A stretch of DNA of 62,920 bases, the filler included, from Globobulimina sp. (taxonomy: Eukaryota), in the NCBI GenBank assembly GCA_003354225.1. It is 47 parts of 47 records of this genome, joined end to end, with 100 filler letters (N's around TTAATTAATTAA, not from the genome) between each part and the next. Parts side by side here need not be neighbours in the genome. Positions count along the whole stretch, not along the records: positions 60,341 to 61,580 come from PIVH01020311.1; positions 61,681 to 62,920 come from PIVH01020312.1; 45 more parts are not named here. The stretch is one strand, 5' to 3'. Positions 60,341 through 62,920 of this stretch are shown here, one piece after another (positions within the stretch are counted from its first letter, which is position 1; every line of letters begins with the position of its first letter). A program made the translations under genes and the position numbers. The notes below the pieces were generated by a model. It was not told the origin of the DNA, made no database searches, and worked only from the letters and a program-made list of their open reading frames with translations.

Positions 60341-61580
60341 GATCATATGATGGCATTCAATTATACAATGAAACAATGGATGTTTTTAATAAATCAATCA
60401 TCGATATTCCGAAAACGTCCGTAAATAAAATGCCTGCGACATCATCCGCAACAAACATGAAAAACATCATCGAACAGTTTCTCAGAATTAAATTTTCAAA
60501 GAACAATTATAATCGAAAGGATTCAGTATTGACATTATCATATTTCAGAACAAATTATGAATATAATGGTAAAAACAAATTCGTTCCATTATTAAATGTC
60601 GATTCAATCACAATGTGCGATGGCAGCGATGAGATTAACTTCTTATTAACAAACAAATCCTGTCATATTCTTCATCAATTAATCGGCGACGACACATTAT
60701 TTTTCTTATTAAATAAGGCTGCCATATTCGTGGCTGTTCCATTCAAACATCGTCAATATTGGCAATTAGCAGGCACTCCGTGTTCAGAAATAATGTGGAA
60801 ACAACATCGCGATAAATGCAATACAAAAACAAACACAAATACAAATAAAAAACGCAAAAGAAAAAGGAAAACAAAAATATGTACACTGCAAATCAAAGGC
60901 TATAAAATGTTTCGTGATTGCAAAGCTAAACAATATACAAAATGTACTACAAAGACTGATGGAATTGAATGCAAAACAAAAGAGAAAGAACAAGATACAG
61001 GCAAACTGCCACGGAAATCATTATTAGGAAAAAGAAAATGGAATTCGTTAAATTTAGTAAACACAGATAATGCATGTGATAAATATCGCAGATTAAATAG
61101 GGAAAGTACCAGCATTTCAGTGGAAAGAGACAGACAGGAAATAAAAATAAAAAAACACACAAAATGTAATAGACAAATATTAAAACCCAAATCGTCAGGA
61201 CTGTGGACAAAAAGTTTAAAAGGAATCGAGATAACAAGGTACAACATATTTTATTGTGGTAGAAATTGCGGACAATTTGATATTTTATCAGGTAAAAATT
61301 TATTGAATATATTGCCAGCATCGAATATCGGATCGGAATTATTAATTCGATACATTTTTTTTGGGCAAACATTGGAATCATTCAAAGAGTTCAAACAACT
61401 GCAAAATGAGCGTATAGAGTGCAAAAAAAAAGATGATATTCCAACCCGTCGTACGATCAGATTATTTGGCGGGAAATTAAGTAAAATATATAAGAAATTA
61501 ATACCATTTTTCAAAACATTGTTGATCAATTATAAGAAATTAAATTGGTATCAATTTAGAGAAATAATTGAAGGATCATC
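60341..61580 (+). CDS. TERT: Telomerase reverse transcriptase: TEN domain, linker and start of the RNA-binding domain; partial
   Basis: SVLTLSY (NVL-x-x-GF-like), ILHQLIGDDTLFFLL...IFV...YWQLAGTP (TERT GQ/TEN motif), basic linker, ITRYNIFY, LLIRYIF and LIPFFKTLLINYKKLNW (helix before the CP motif). Confidence 0.82.
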
Positions 61581-61680
61581 NNNNNNNNNNNNNNNNNNNN
61601 NNNNNNNNNNNNNNNNNNNNNNNNTTAATTAATTAANNNNNNNNNNNNNNNNNNNNNNNNNNNNNNNNNNNNNNNNNNNN

Positions 61681-62920
61681 ATAAATACGACCTGCTTATT
61701 ATATGTGGTTACAAATGCGATGAAAAATAACTATGATGCCCGACGCATAAACTATAAATTATTAATGGTGCAACTGATCAAACCGTACGAAATCAAATTA
61801 GAGCGAATGAGAGCTATCCGCGCAGAATTAATAAAATTGCGTTCTTCTCCGGCACCAATGAACGAAGACCGAAGCAATAGCCCGAGCATAGAAAGCGAGG
61901 AAAGTGATTTTGATGCATGGTATGATCGCAAAGTCAGTGAGGTCGAGATTAAATACTCGGAAATGCTCCAATTAATCGAAAAAACAATGGTTACGAATGA
62001 GGATATTATTGATTTCAATAAAATTGCGGTGAGAAGATATTGCAGAGCCACATTGTATCACTTATCGAATGAAACAGGCAGCGATCTCCCGATCCCATCG
62101 TGGTTGGCATCCGAAGCATGGCTGAAAATGGTCAGATTGATCGCAGCCGAAAATTGTATACAATCGGTTGGAAGATCGCAGCGAACGGATCTAAAATTTG
62201 AGGATGAATACGCATATATTACACCGATCACTGTTACGGGGATTAATCCAAAATTAATTGTTGGAGATGAATCATTGGGATTTCCTATGATGAGATTTAG
62301 AATTGGCACACTGTGCAAATTCATATTATTATTACGTAATGATTTTTACATTGAATATATCGCGACCGCCGGATGTTGCGTTTGCGGCAAAAAGTTCCCG
62401 CGACATAGCAAATGCCCCGAATTGGCCAACTATTTGGCGAAATGTATTAATTCGATCCGACAGAAATACCGCAATGGGAAATGCACAAAAAAGCAGATGG
62501 ACGAGAAATTGAAGCAAATTATTCAAGTTAAATGCATTAAATGTGGAATGTGGGGGCATTTTGCGAATGAATGCCGGTGCGGGAAGGCCCGTTGTGTCTG
62601 CTGTTTTAAATCCGGACATATGCGCTCATTGAGTCCCATTGTATGCGATGATGCCCGTATATTACATGCATTATTTAGGAATTTATTTGATTTAATTGCA
62701 AATTTTAAGAATATTGAATTTGAGAATATTGCGCATTATAAATTGGTTAATTGTGTGGTAAATCAGAGGTTGATATTGAAAGATTTATATAAATGTATCA
62801 AGTCCGACGCAACCAATCAGAGAATACATTTAAATGGAAACAAGCCGAATAATAATAATAATAATAATGCAATAAACAGCTATTCAGACGCCACCAATTC
62901 GAACGCACAACAGCTCCAAC
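61681..62920 (+). mobile_element. Gag-like / non-LTR ORF1 protein with zinc knuckles; frame open across the whole contig; not in the ORF track
   Basis: No stop in frame from 61681 to 62920; CCVCGKKFPRHSKC, CIKCGMWGHFANEC (CX2CX4HX4C) and CVCCFKSGHMRSLSPIVC; Asn-rich tail. Confidence 0.7.

Noticed and set aside
1243-61680. Regularly spaced TTAATTAATTAA palindromes as a biological repeat, and gene neighbourhoods across them
   Set aside because: They sit inside fixed N runs and are concatenation linkers; ORF tails ending in X-runs or LIN are artefacts
1-62920. rRNA, tRNA or telomeric repeat arrays
   Set aside because: None recognised by eye; a covariance-model search would be needed to exclude small RNAs

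Overview
This window is not one locus. It is 47 unrelated contigs of 1240-1242 bp, ordered by decreasing length and joined by artificial 100-nt linkers (N44-TTAATTAATTAA-N44, stops in all six frames), so no gene neighbourhood can be inferred across linkers. Most contigs come from an AT-rich eukaryote with short (about 55-96 nt) AT-rich spliceosomal introns. Its protein families (RING/TRAF-like, divergent ADP-ribosyltransferase-like, RGS, TTL-like, formins) resemble those of Foraminifera (Reticulomyxa-like); this taxonomic call is an inference. One contig is clearly bacterial (B12-dependent radical SAM plus methyltransferase), and several more GC-rich contigs carry mobile elements of probably different hosts. 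Main observations: (1) a Polinton/Maverick-type protein-primed DNA polymerase B whose frame is restored only by removing five 46-51 nt GT-AG introns, with an intronless Polinton-type major capsid protein on a separate contig; (2) the N-terminal part of telomerase reverse transcriptase; (3) six head-to-head gene pairs with start codons only 40-131 bp apart; (4) two members of a divergent ADP-ribosyltransferase-like family and a PARP-like pseudoenzyme; (5) a formate/nitrite transporter; (6) CRE-like and other non-LTR retrotransposons, a MITE-like element and a GC-AG intron supported by a paralog. Several contigs show abrupt joins that suggest amplification or assembly chimeras. All calls come from reading motifs by eye; no database searches were run.
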